Below, piece after piece: positions 48,389 to 60,839 of a stretch of 64,000 nucleotides of DNA. Location of the stretch: the NCBI GenBank assembly GCA_044892525.1, contig CM097886.1:114514001-114578000 (forward strand), written 5' to 3'. This DNA is from Schmidtea polychroa. Its lineage: Eukaryota. The translations under genes were made by a program, and so were the position numbers. The notes beneath the pieces were generated by a model. It had not been told where the DNA came from and made no database searches. It saw only the letters and a program-made list of their open reading frames with translations. How positions within the stretch are numbered: the first letter of the stretch is position 1; each line of letters starts with the position of its first letter.

Positions 48389-50662
48389 AAAGTTTAAAAT
48401 AATCACAGTTAATCTAACCACCTCAATAGATCCATTCTACGACGAAACCGCAATTAAACAATCAATCCACAGCAACTCACGAGGACTATTCCGGAATCCA
48501 AGAAATTTCAGCTGAATCTAGATAATTTCGAACATTTATTACTTCGACACAGTACCCCTTTTCGACTCAGCCTATACCTCTATTAAACACTCGGTAAGGA
48601 TCTTTTGATTTCATAATTTGAATTTTAAAGTAATAGTTATGCATATGATTTAATTATAATTTTAATTTAAAGAACTTGTTTTCTTTTCGTTTGATTTCGA
48701 ATACTTGGTGTAATTTAACGATTTAGTATTTAACAATAAATGATTTGCTATGAATGATTGATTTCTAGGAATTATTGACTTTTATGAACTGTTTTAATGA
48801 GTTATTATTTAATGCCATTCAAATTTTCGAGAAACGTGGCGTTGATATACTCTAGTGTCATGGTGTGAGGTGCCTTCGGGAGCTCCACCGGTGGGCCTAG
48901 GGTATTTCAATCACGCAGCTGATTCGGGCCGTAATGTGGGGGCTTCCTCACGGGTCCGTCGCTGAAGGTGCGACTAAATCCTATAGGAAAATGTTGCCAG
49001 AAAATTGGTAGTCGTATAGCGATGGAAAATAGAGATGTAGGAAGAAACGTTCAGAGAGTTTTTATGTATTCGCGCAGTGATTGAGGGTGTCACACTATCG
49101 TCTCAAGATATCGTTTCTACTAAGCCCAAATTTCCTCTATCGCTCTAAAGCTCTATGTAGGTTGCTCATCGAGAGTCGTTCAAATGCTATAGGTGACATA
49201 TCTTCGATGCTCGTATGTTTCACTCGAAATTTATACCTACTATGTTTTATGGCCTTCCGTGTTATTATTTTCCTCGTCTACGTGTTCTCTCAAAGATGTA
49301 GCTGCAGGGGATTACAGAAAATAAGTAGTCTCGGATGAGCGTTAGAATTCCATGAACAAGTTGTCTCGCATAAAATTTTGAATTACGTAAAACGGGTTAC
49401 TTCAACTATTTTTGAATTGTATAAAATGATTTACTTCAATTGATTTTAGAATTATATAAAGGGATTAACTTCCACAAATTTTTCTAATTACATAAACCGG
49501 TTAGTGCCAAATAATCTCAAGAGTAAAACGAAATCAAATCGAGTCAAAAAATATATTTTTTTTTTACAAACCAATCTAACATGATAATCCTTACCTAGTA
49601 AATATAAATTACCCGTGTTTCATGGAGTTGATAATCCGGCGAGGATAGGTAGGAAATCTCCAAAATATCGGGAACGGATCAATAAACCGCATTTGAGGAG
49701 TTGAGAAGTTCCCCCTGGGGGGCAAATTATATCCAACTCTTGCGATACCGAGAATCATAATTTTTCCAGCATTTCCGTGAGAATTAGTATGACATCATCA
49801 TGAGCAAGGAAATGTGAGCATCTGTGCAGTGGGTTGATCGAGATAGTAGCCAGAGAACATGCCAGCATGTAAACAGTTGAGGGCACCAGTTAGTCATTAG
49901 GAGTGGAATTAAGTATGAGAAATAAAAACTTGCATACGTCACCCGTTTTCAGACACACTACAGTAGCTAATCACGGTGTGTAGATTCACACCGACTTGTA
50001 CTCATAACAAACCAGACCGGACGTGTCAGCTGGAATTTTTGGGTTATCAAATTAAATCACTCGCAGTCATTAGATTCCCACTGGTCGGAACTAATAGCCA
50101 ACTGTCAGACTGATTTTGTCTACTTAGTAGGATTAATTTAGTTATTATCTCATGTTGAATAATTTGTCGCCTATCATAAATAAATAATTAAAAATTTTTT
50201 TTTAATGTCTTCCCGTTCATCATAAATGAACTAATTAAGAATAATTTATGGATTTCTATTCACCCTAAATAATTAATCTAAAATTAATCGACCTACGTAC
50301 AGGATACATTCATCGAAACGATTTGTTAGGAAAAGTCGGCAATGTAATTCAACTCTCTTCAAACGTTAATTACTAACTTCAAGCAATTTAGATAACCGTA
50401 GTTTCCTCGACCTAGAATTCCTCTCACCAGTAGTAATACCTCTCCTTACTTGTGCAAAATCGTGCTAGACTGATTTATTTTCTTATAATTAATGACCCAA
50501 AGGGAACGAGGACCCATAGCGCAGTTGAATTTCTTTGGCTGATACACCCATTCTTGTCTATGAAACCAACTATGATCAGTAAAATATAAATGTGACCAGA
50601 CGACGACCTTCTAATTGATTTGATTTGTTGTTCATTTCCATCTTTTCTTGCAGTCACCCAAG

Positions 50663-51406
50663 ATGTTACCCAATTCCAAGACCATTCTCAGACCTTGTTT
50701 CTCTTGTTCAGACAAGAATTCAATCATCAAGGATCTGCAGGCCCAAATCGGAAAGTACAAGAGAAAAATAGACGAGTTAGAGGGGACATGGTTTAGTCCT
50801 ACCCAGATGAAAGAGGCTCAGAAGAAGCTGCACCGCAGCGAGCACTGTCGAGATGCGCTAATTTCCGAAAGTCGGGCGCAGAGAAGCCTAATAAAGGAGC
50901 AGTCGGAGGCGCTGCACAAGTTATACGTCCAAGCAGCAACCACTAGGAGAATCGCGAAGATCCCAATTAATGAAGCCAGTAATCTTTTTCCAGCGCACCA
51001 CGAGATCTCGGGCGGGCCTTCATCTCCACTTGGGAAGTCCTGCCATGGGTGCGTGGAGACCGAGCTCTCTCCCAGTGGTCCAGACGTTGTATTCACCGGA
51101 ACTAATAAAGTGCAGCCAAACACCGCATCGTCCTCAATCGTGCAAACCCCAACAGCTTCAAAACCTAAACGTCGGCAACTGTCGCGCGCCGAACGAAAAC
51201 GAAAGCAACGAGAGCGGGCTTCCATCAAACGGATTCTACCATCAACCGTCACCCCAGTCGACGGCAACAGCAATCCAATAGTAGTCGATCTAACGACCGG
51301 AATCTCAGGGCGAGTCATCTCCGCCGCCGGGGTAACATGGGAAGAAAACGCCGCCGAATTCTTTGATTTAAACGAGTTACTCGCCGACTCGGAGTGGGAA
51401 AAATGA
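50663..51406 (+). CDS. LTR-encoded 247-aa protein, copy 2
   Basis: Intact ORF after the acceptor tcttttcttgcag (50653), with AATAAA at 51543-51548. Homologous to 35327-36076. Confidence 0.82.
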   Translation: MLPNSKTILRPCFSCSDKNSIIKDLQAQIGKYKRKIDELEGTWFSPTQMKEAQKKLHRSEHCRDALISESRAQRSLIKEQSEALHKLYVQAATTRRIAKIPINEASNLFPAHHEISGGPSSPLGKSCHGCVETELSPSGPDVVFTGTNKVQPNTASSSIVQTPTASKPKRRQLSRAERKRKQRERASIKRILPSTVTPVDGNSNPIVVDLTTGISGRVISAAGVTWEENAAEFFDLNELLADSEWEK

Positions 51407-51974
51407 GAATTGCTCCGTAAACTGGCCTCATCTTCTAGAGATACCTGGACATCTTCTGACATCATTGTTTACCCTTGTGTTTTCCCTATTCTTAGGAATT
51501 TTGGTATATAAGTGTTCAATGTACTTGTATAATAATTCTGACAATAAACCATTCTCGTCTATATATGTGTTTTTGTTTATCTTAAAATAGTCGATCTGAA
51601 ATTGGTGAATAACATTGAGAGTCGTAGAAAATGAGGAGCATTAGTCAGTTGGCAACCCCAGCTAGGAACCTTGCGATGGGGTGATGGAATGATTAGACGT
51701 AAGTCCTTCTATCGGCAGTCAGGGTTGGGAAGTCGACGCCTCAGTAAGGAGTAGTCCGAAGGAGCTGGCTCACCTGCTTACTGGCGTCTCGCCGGCATAG
51801 CACAGTTCCAACGTGAAGCAATTCACGGGTGCTATGTTGGAATGTAGGTTATGTGCGGGTCCTGCTCGGCGATGACAAAACGAAGGACGAGCGAAATCGA
51901 TGTGGGCATTCATCCTCTAGACTGAAAGCTGCACTAAAAGGGGTCATCCGAGTAGCTACCCGCAACATAATTTT

Positions 51975-51992
51975 TGGGGGCTCAGCCGGGAT
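51975..51992 (+). promoter_or_regulatory. Primer binding site, tRNA-Pro type
   Basis: TGGGGGCTCAGCCGGGAT. Confidence 0.88.
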
Positions 51993-52300
51993 TTAGATTG
52001 AAATTTCCATTGACTAGTGCGAACTTGACTGGGATTTATTATTGAAATTTTGTCGAATAGTGTGAATTCACCGGGATTAGTGATTTTAATTGACTGGCGA
52101 ATGCAAATTGACTAATGCTTATCGAATCTTATTATAAAATCACGATTAGAAAATAATAAAATTAAAGATATAAATAAAGTAACTTTAATAATGGAGAAAT
52201 AAGATAAAAGTAAAATAAAGTATAACGATTTAAAAGGAAAATGTTTGATGAAACAACCACTAATTAGTTATGTATGACTAAAACATTTTTTTTAATAGAC

Positions 52301-52786
52301 ATGACGGAATTCGTGGACCAGATACAACAACTAATCAACTTCATAAACATCGAGAATGACTCCCTTAAAACGCTGACACAAAAGAGAGAAAGAATTAACA
52401 TCATACTACTCCAAGCAATCGGGCAAACCCCAGTCGTCCCCAACCACATGTTATTAGCCGCAGGACTAAGTCACCCAGATGGGAAGATAAACCCTGAAAC
52501 CGTGTATCAATGGTATCAAGAGAGATTGAACCACCCAGCATTAAATCTTGATTATCAACGTATAAAAGATCCATTAAGTACCATATCAGATACAATCGAG
52601 CGAAAAATACAAGAAAAACTGACCCTACTACGAACTTGTCTTGCTTGTAAACTTCGTCCTATTCGCGTACTGTTCTTGCCGTGTGGACACCTCAGTCACT
52701 GCGAAGAATGTGTGAACAACTTAAAACGATGCACGATATGTAAGAATGAGATAAAAGAAACTCATATGGTTTATTATGGTGAATGA
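52301..52786 (+). CDS. IAP/MDM2-type RING protein, copy 2
   Basis: Intact; CLACKLRPIRVLFLPCGHLSHCEEC...CTIC...HMVYYGE. Preceded by ttttaatag|acATG. Confidence 0.88.
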   Translation: MTEFVDQIQQLINFINIENDSLKTLTQKRERINIILLQAIGQTPVVPNHMLLAAGLSHPDGKINPETVYQWYQERLNHPALNLDYQRIKDPLSTISDTIERKIQEKLTLLRTCLACKLRPIRVLFLPCGHLSHCEECVNNLKRCTICKNEIKETHMVYYGE

Positions 52787-53427
52787 ATAGTTAAAGATAC
52801 AATAACATCTATGAACATTGAATTAATACGGGCGATTGAATGAGAATAAGTGTAATTGATGTGTGGAATTTTATTAAAGCTTCAATTTTTATTTTTATGA
52901 CGAATAAAATTTTGTTACGAACTGAGTAATTTATGGCTTTTAATTCTATTTTATAACTTTGTTTTCGAGTCAAGCGAAAGGAAAACTAAACTAACGTGGA
53001 ATTAGTCCCAATATAGGCTGTAAGGGTACAAACCGAGCCACCTTCGGGCGGTACGTTCTATCATACGAAAAAACCAATTGGGAGGGGATAACCGATCAAC
53101 CCAAGTAAGAAGCGTAGGGCGGGGTACCATCGCATATGATGAGAAGTTTCTACGACATGACTGATCACCATGCCAATGTAGAAATGGATCATCGCGATCG
53201 TCGTGCGTTTTGAGCAAGGGGGGAAAGGGGAAACACTCTCAAGGGTAAAGATCAAGTCGACAAATTAAAAGTAGAGACAGAGAAAATGATAATTCAGGGT
53301 AAAAGAGGAAAAGAGAAGTAGAAGCATGCAGAGTGGGGAATATTAAAGCCGAGCTGTTGAATAGTCCAGCCGGTCAAGGAAAATGAAAACTGAGCTGTGA
53401 AAAGTCCAGCCAGTTCGGAGATATTAA

Positions 53428-53649
53428 GATCGAGTTGTTGAATAGTCCAACCGATCAGAAGGAAGAAGATTGAGCTGTTGAATAGTGCCAGCCAGTCGTA
53501 AGATCGAGTTGTTGAATAGTCCAACCGATCAGAAGGAAGAAGATTGAGCTGTTGAATAGTGCCAGCCAGTCGTAAGATCGAGTTGTTGAATAGTCCAACC
53601 GATCAGAAGGAAGAAGATTGAGCTGTTGAATAGTGCCAGCCAGTCGTAA
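53428..53649. repeat. 74-bp tandem repeat x3 (each a dimer of ~37-bp subunits) in the 5' leader
   Basis: Units start at 53428, 53502 and 53576. Degenerate subunits extend upstream to ~53350. Confidence 0.93.
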
Positions 53650-53974
53650 AGGCCTAGAAAAGCGAGAGATAGCAGTTAAGCTACAATGAGATAATATTTA
53701 AATTAATAGTGAAATGGAATATTAAAGCTAGCTAGAAACAAATTGAATGTAATTACGAAAATTTGAGTTTAGAGAGGAAATAAACGAGCTCGTGGAAAGG
53801 ATGATAGGATTATAATGAAAAAGGAAGGGGAAGAAGGAAATGAATTAAAGAGATAATGGAAAATAAAGAATAGGTGAAATGATGATAATGAGTAAAGAGG
53901 AAAGTAACTAACTAATTAAAGGGATCCCAGTGAAGTAGAGAAACTCTACGAAATATTTTTGTTTTTGGTTAAAT

Positions 53975-56900
53975 CGGGCGAACTAGCAAATAGGAAACAA
54001 AGAGCGAACGAATCGATAACATTATATGCCAGTGAATTACGAAGATTAGCGAAGAAAGCAATGAATGGGAAATTACTCGAGGAAAATCTGATCGGCTATT
54101 TCATAGAGGGATTACGCCGAGAGGATGTAAGAGCCTCAGTAGGTTGTCAAATGTGCAAAACGTTAGAGGAAGCCATAGACTGGGCTACAAGATGCGAGCT
54201 CCACCTTCCAGCTCAAATGAATATTATGCAAGAGGATGGGAGGATAGCGACAGCAATAGCGAAAGCGGATAACGGAGATAACAACAATCAGGAACCGAAA
54301 ATGAATCAATTTATACCAGGAGCGCATCAAATTTTCAAACCACCACAAGGACGATCAAATGGGAATAATGGTAATCGTAACAACTTGAATAATGAGAACA
54401 ATTTTAATAATCGACGAAATATGAACGATAACAAGCAGTGCCGAACATGTGGTAAACCAGGACACTGGGACAGAGATTGTTATAGAAACGCAAATTGTAA
54501 TCGTTGCGGACGGCGTGGACATACGGAAAATAGATGCCAGTTGAAAGGTTGTTTTAACTGTGGTCAGCCAGGTCACATCTCCAGAGACTGCCGAGAAAGG
54601 GGCCAACCACAACGACCACCACAACGAAATACTAATTACATGTCGAATCCGCAACGACAAAGTAACCCTAGTGAAGGAAAACAAATGAACGTTATGCAGG
54701 AAATCTCACAAATGAAACAGATGATGCAACAAATGATGAGACCAAGGCAAGAACCAGCACCACAACAAACCCAGAATATACGTATGATGAGGAGTACCGA
54801 AAATCTCAATAGTTATGAAGTACATCAACATGTACAAGAATGGCAAAGACTACAGGCCGAGGAAGAGAGGATAAAACAAGAACGCAACCAACAACGACAA
54901 GAACAACCATTGCGAATAAATATGATGAAGTTAGTAAAAGACATGAAAAGCCAGTACTGCTACAATTACGGGAAAAACCCAAGGGTAGTACCCATGACTG
55001 AACCAGAGAAGGTAAAAGAAACAACAACGGAAATGAAAACCGAGAATTCAACCACGATCTTAAAAGGGAACCAGAGAATTCAGAAAATATTCTGGAAAAA
55101 GATAAAAGATAAAATCGAAAAAGAACATAATAAAGCGAAAACCGAGACAGAAGATGAAAATAACAAGAGCAAGGAACAAGCCAGTCAACCAAACCGCCAA
55201 ATGTTACAAGAACTGGAATCTGAGGAAACAACGATATTCAAAAATAAAAAACTAAAGAGAGTACCTAGGATGAGAAATTTGCGAATCAACATGATGAAAA
55301 GGACGAAAGGTACGTCGTCCTCAGACGAAGACTATGTGAGCAGTTTGGGTGGAGAAATACTACAGCTAAATGAAATAAGCGAACCTCCAAAAGGGGAAAT
55401 CGAAGAAGAAGAAGGCGAAAGCGAGATAACCAGCGGAAGTGAAGACGAGGATATAGAAATAAAGTTGAGAAAAGAGAGGGAGGAAGCGATAAAACAAGTA
55501 GCTGAAATACTCCCAGTAGTAGTGAGGAACCAAGAGTTCATCGATATAATACCATTCAGACGATTCGTGCAAAAAGTGATGAAATTGGAAAGAAACGAGA
55601 AAGATTTAATACCAAACGAGAAAAAATCAATTATAAAAAAATATATGGAAAAAATGAAGCAGGCCGATACCACGCGGTATGTAATAAAAATCGGAACGAG
55701 TATAGGACTTGAAAGAATGTGGATTAAAAATACAGTCACCGACGAACTTTTCGATTGGATACGAGAACATTTGGGAAGTTCGAGAAAGAAAGAATATCTG
55801 TATCAATACCAAGGAGAACAGATCAAACCAGATATGCACTTAGTGGATGCACTAATATGGCCAGGAGAAACGCAAATACTGAAGTTGCACAAAGAAAAAC
55901 AACCAGCTAACCTGTACGATTGGGCTAAAGATGCCAAGGCGGAATATGATTTTAATATCAAATTGAAATTAGAACAAATAAAGCAATGTACTCTGAGACG
56001 AAACCTGGACAAGCTGATCAAACAAATTCAAGAACAAGTGGAAGACAACTGGGATTTACTCATCACCAGACGAGCCCCAGCCATGTACTAACTAATGAGC
56101 CGGTTGCGAGATACAGAATTGCTCCGAATGAGTGATTGGAGAACCATAAATTTGATTCCCAAATATGGAAGGTTAAAAGAAACCCAGCCGCAGAGGTTGG
56201 AAATAACCATATGGTTACCGAACGAAGAGAAACGACGAATAAAAATAAGCAATCAGAGTACAGTGGATGATTTGGTATCAAAGATAAACCAAGAGATAAC
56301 GGAAAAGGTACGTAGCGAAAGTAGTGATGGTATGGTGGATGATGTAGTCATGATGTACGATAAAATAATATTACGAGCGGAAGACGACACCTCGTTGAGC
56401 GAAATGGGTATGTGAGACGATCATCAGATAATCAGGATAGTACCAATGGATGAATTTCGAACAAGAGATGTAACGTATCAAAAAGAAATACGAGACCGGA
56501 TGAAAACGTTATATCAAAAATCTACAGAAATAATTGAAATTCACCAACGATGGTTAAAAGAAAAGGAACTACAAGGAAAAATCACGAAACTAAGCACCAG
56601 ATCCTGCAGACGAACCCCATGGGAAAGAGTGTGGAATACAGAAAATAAGGAATGGGAAATCCGGAAAGGAATCTTCGTAGAAACAGACATTGGGGAGACA
56701 GAAAGTGAATCGGAGGAAGAAGAAGAGGAACCCCCAGAATATGAAGAGGAAGCAAGGAGACAGATCTCAGATGATGAAAGCGAGACGGACGTCACGTCAG
56801 AAAGCGAAAATGAAGCGAGACATATTCATGCAATGCGGAAAAAGGAACGTGAATATGCCGATATGGACGGCGAGGAAGCGACAGAAGCAAGAGAACGAGA

Positions 56901-58528
56901 AGAGAAAGAAAGATATAAACACTTAGGCGATATCTTACAATGGGAGCGAAAAATCAAAAACGTCAGGTAGTAGCATTGGCTAATATCATCTTAAAGACAT
57001 CAGAAAATATCCACAATCTGAGAGAAATGGCGAAAGTAATAGAGGAATACCGGCAATATAATGAATGGTATCCAGAACAGCTAGAACAAATTATTCGAAA
57101 ATGGAGAAATCAAGAGTGGGCACAAGACACCCAGGAGAGGTATCACATCCGAATCAAGTATCCGGACAAGAGCATTGAAGAACTAGAAGTGCATCCAACA
57201 ACGAAAATTAGAGAATTAAAAAAGAAATTAGCATATGAAACTCCATTCCATCTGCAACTATTCGGAAAATCACTAGACGATAATGTAGACGTCGGAATAA
57301 CACCCATGAGATTAGAAGAGACTAATGTGTTAACAATGGCGGAAACGTTGGGAAAACCGTTGAAAAGGAAAAGCAAAATTAATAAACCAACAAAAGGTAG
57401 TTTGAGTACTCCAAGTCCAAACAAAGCCCCAAGTAAATCTAATGAAACTGAAGAAGTTGAAGAGATTATCCTCGAAGATAGTGGCGACGAACCAGGAGAA
57501 AGATCACCGCTATTAGTGAGATGGCCAACAGGAGCCGAAATATGGACCAACAACCAACCATCAACAAGTTATCAACAACCAACGAAACTGAACACCAAGG
57601 AAATCGTCGACAATACTACGGAAACCGAAACGGATGAACAATTCCAGAAGCAAAGAGAACCAACAAAAATAACACCGGAAGGTCAAACTGATAAAATAAT
57701 AGATGAGTGGAATGAGTGGCTGAGAAATAACGATAGCTCATTACCCAGAACGGATAACGAAAGAAATCCGAATTACGAAAATACCAGAGAAGCTGGAACG
57801 ATGATGGAAAAACGGGCAAAAGGAAGACCTAAGAAACAAGGAGAGAAATCTGAGTTCAAAACCAAGGAACAAGTAAAACAAGAACAAGGACAAGTTCGAT
57901 TGGAAAAGTTAGATAAAATAGTATGGGATCTAAAAGAAGCTCAACCAACGATCGAAAGAGGAGAAAAATGGATACGAGAATTGATCAAAGATATGTTAAT
58001 AATAACAAATCCACAACTTAGACGCTTGTGGCAACGGAAAGTAGCCAGTGTAGAAGCTAGACAATTATGGCACATCGTATCGGGGATAATCCCAAAGCTA
58101 ATCAAAGAAAAAACGAAAACTACCAAAACGGATTGGGATGAAACCAAGAGAGTGATTGTACAGCTCACGACAAATGCAAATGATGACGAACATCATCTAG
58201 TGGTAATCACTTATTTGATGTATAATTTGATGGGATTAGCTGCAAGGAAAATACCTAATAAACAGTTCGCAAATCACGTAGAAATGACCGTGTCAATCAT
58301 AGAAAACACTATTGAACCCCATATTATCCGTGCCGGAGGATGGAAAAGACTTATACAAACGCCACGAAAAAATGAGCAAGAAAGGTCGATGCAAGTTAGA
58401 TTGAAAAAGCTGTTAAATGAACTAGAATGGGAACTACCGATGAAAGATCCAGCAAGCAGAAAAGCATCAATAAATTCGTTAATGATGACTATGATGATAT
58501 GGATGTTGTGCACAAGTGGAGCAACGGG
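53975..58528 (+). pseudogene. Copy 2 Gag, CCHC x3, Ubl x3, Bcl-2-like region (Gag N-terminus deleted)
   Basis: Zinc knuckles at 54439-54591. Stops at 56089 and 56413 and a frameshift at ~56940. A deletion of roughly 1.3 kb relative to copy 1 lies at ~53975. Confidence 0.88.
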
Positions 58529-60345
58529 TTTTACCATCTACGATTGTGATAATATGATAATGAGAGATAAATACTCATTGAGAGATATAGAAGAATGCAG
58601 ACAAGCATCACCCAACAAATTGGACATAGTAAAAACAAAAGTTACCTACCATGTATACCAAGAATCAGATTTCATCAGAACGCAAGCAAGAGAATGCGTT
58701 GTATCAAAAAAGGTACTCGCGTATTATTGCGGGCAATATTCGTATTCAACTCTCATACTACCCGGTCTAGATAAAGAAATCGTATCAATACAACGAGAAG
58801 ACTGTAAAGAGCTATTTAGAACCGGAGCGCTAAAAATGCATAACGGAGTGACGATACACGGACAAACTGGAATGATTAAAACCGAAAGTGTTTACGTATC
58901 CGGAAAAGTAAAGTCATCAGATGGGTCATGTAACGGAGGTACGTATACGATCCGAGGCGAGGTAATATCGGGAGTAGTAGTGATCGAGTCCTATACGGTT
59001 GAATTAAAAGAATATGAAGCGCAATTTGACGCAAATAATTACCAAATGAAGACCAACCCGGCATGTAGGGCTACAGAAAACGTATGCAGGACAGGAGTGT
59101 CAACTATAATCTATGAAGCTAACACGCAAAAATGCCGACTCCAACTGTTAAAAAGTGCTTTGTTCAATGAAGTAAAAGGAGAAATTTATGAAAACGAAAA
59201 CGACGAAGATGGAAACGAAAGAGTGAGAATGCGAAATGGAAAACCAATGCCACCATCTCCCAGAGAAAAAAGACTCTCGACGCAGAAAACACCAACAGCA
59301 TTAATTACCGACGATCCAGATCTAGGTATGAGATTTATCAAAGAGAAAGAAACCACCAAATGCGACAGTATAGTATATAAAACCAATTACGCTGGTATCT
59401 ATATGTCAAGACAAATAATCGACAGAGCAGTGGGAAAGATAGCAACGGAGGACGTAAAACTATACTTATATGCAAATAATAAAATGGATTTTTTTATTTC
59501 ATCGTGGACAAACGACCCTACAAAAAGTATATTACGATCTGATACAAAACGATTGTTCATTGAATAAAGAAATACTGAAAACAAAGCTAGCTATTGCGAT
59601 AACGCACCCAGATAACACGATGCCATCACTCCCATTACCAGACGGACATTTTGGTAGAATGGTAGGAAAAGTGATGTACACATACCAGTGTACCAAGACG
59701 TATGCACGAATGCCAGAAAAATCCATACTACCCGAAAAGAGATGTGCAAATGAATTAGAAATCCGCTATAAAGGACAAAATCGATTCGTTTCTACCCAAA
59801 TCTCTTTAACTGTTCTAATGCATACGGACCATTGTATGAAAGACCCGATGGGAAATGGATGATGTTACCGGGAAAAACCATATCCGAGGAGCCCAAGAAA
59901 TTTGGATTAATAGAACTCGCCACAGAGCTGGATTTCAAACCTATAGACGTGTCAAACGGTGGTATGTATTCCCCAGAAGATTTAGAAACAGCTCGGCTTA
60001 ACGTATTATTCCCAGCAAGACGAGAATCTATTTTGTCCAATATGGTAACAATAACTGGGGGAACGAATTACCAAATAGGCCCAAACTATGAACTACTGCT
60101 GTCACCAGACCATTTCCAACAAGCAACCTCAAATATGATGAAAGCAATGTGGGGAAGATTCTTAGTTTTTGGACAAATGATGGCCGGAATATTGGGGATC
60201 ATACTCATAATTCAGATCGTCAGAGTAATACTAACACAAATGTTAGCTTGTTTTGATATATACAAGCGGGAAAAGAAAGTTAACTGGAAAATGATAGTAG
60301 GCTTTCTACCATTTTTAGCTAAAACCATGGTATTACATGGTCACT
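58480..60345 (+). pseudogene. env: Envelope glycoprotein, class III (chuvirus G / herpes gB-like) type; two frameshifts
   Basis: Signal-like LMMTMMIWMLCTSGATG followed by FTIYDC...YSL..IEEC...YYCG.YSY...EDC...DGSC.G, a Cys pattern typical of chuvirus-like glycoproteins. TM segment [25 protein letters not shown] at ~60158-60245. Frameshifts at ~59490 and ~59800. Confidence 0.75.
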
Positions 60346-60839
60346 CAAAAGACATTCATCGGATAAAGCGATTGATCAAAATACTAACAAAGATTAAAGG
60401 AACCGACGAAGAAGTAGGCAGACGATTCCGGAAAGTAATGTACGATGAAGCAACAAGACGACAATTGAAAAAGAATAAGCCAAAATTTTTGGACCGATTC
60501 AGAAGTCAATCATCTAACAGCGATAGTGACGACGATGATAACGGGAACAATAAATGTCTATATCCAAACAGAAACCCAAACGAAAAACCAATGGAAACAG
60601 CACCGTATTGGGAAAAGGAAAAGACAAACACCTGGATCGCCAACGGAAGCTATATACCACCGGATATCGTGGGACCACAAGCCGCTTTGACCATGACACA
60701 GAATATGTATCCGCAATTACCGAGTCAACCCGGGATGCATTATATGCCAACACGACGTACCAAAAGTGTAGATCAAGCAGATGACGTAAGAACAATAGCA
60801 GAGATGAGTTTACCTGGAGGTCCAGCAGTAACAGTTATG

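Larger units (their letters stand above)
47970..51967 (+). repeat. 5' LTR of copy 2 (~4.0 kb)
   Basis: Inverted termini TGTTG...CAACA, with the PBS 7 nt downstream. Homology to the copy 1 LTR is patchy. Confidence 0.9.
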
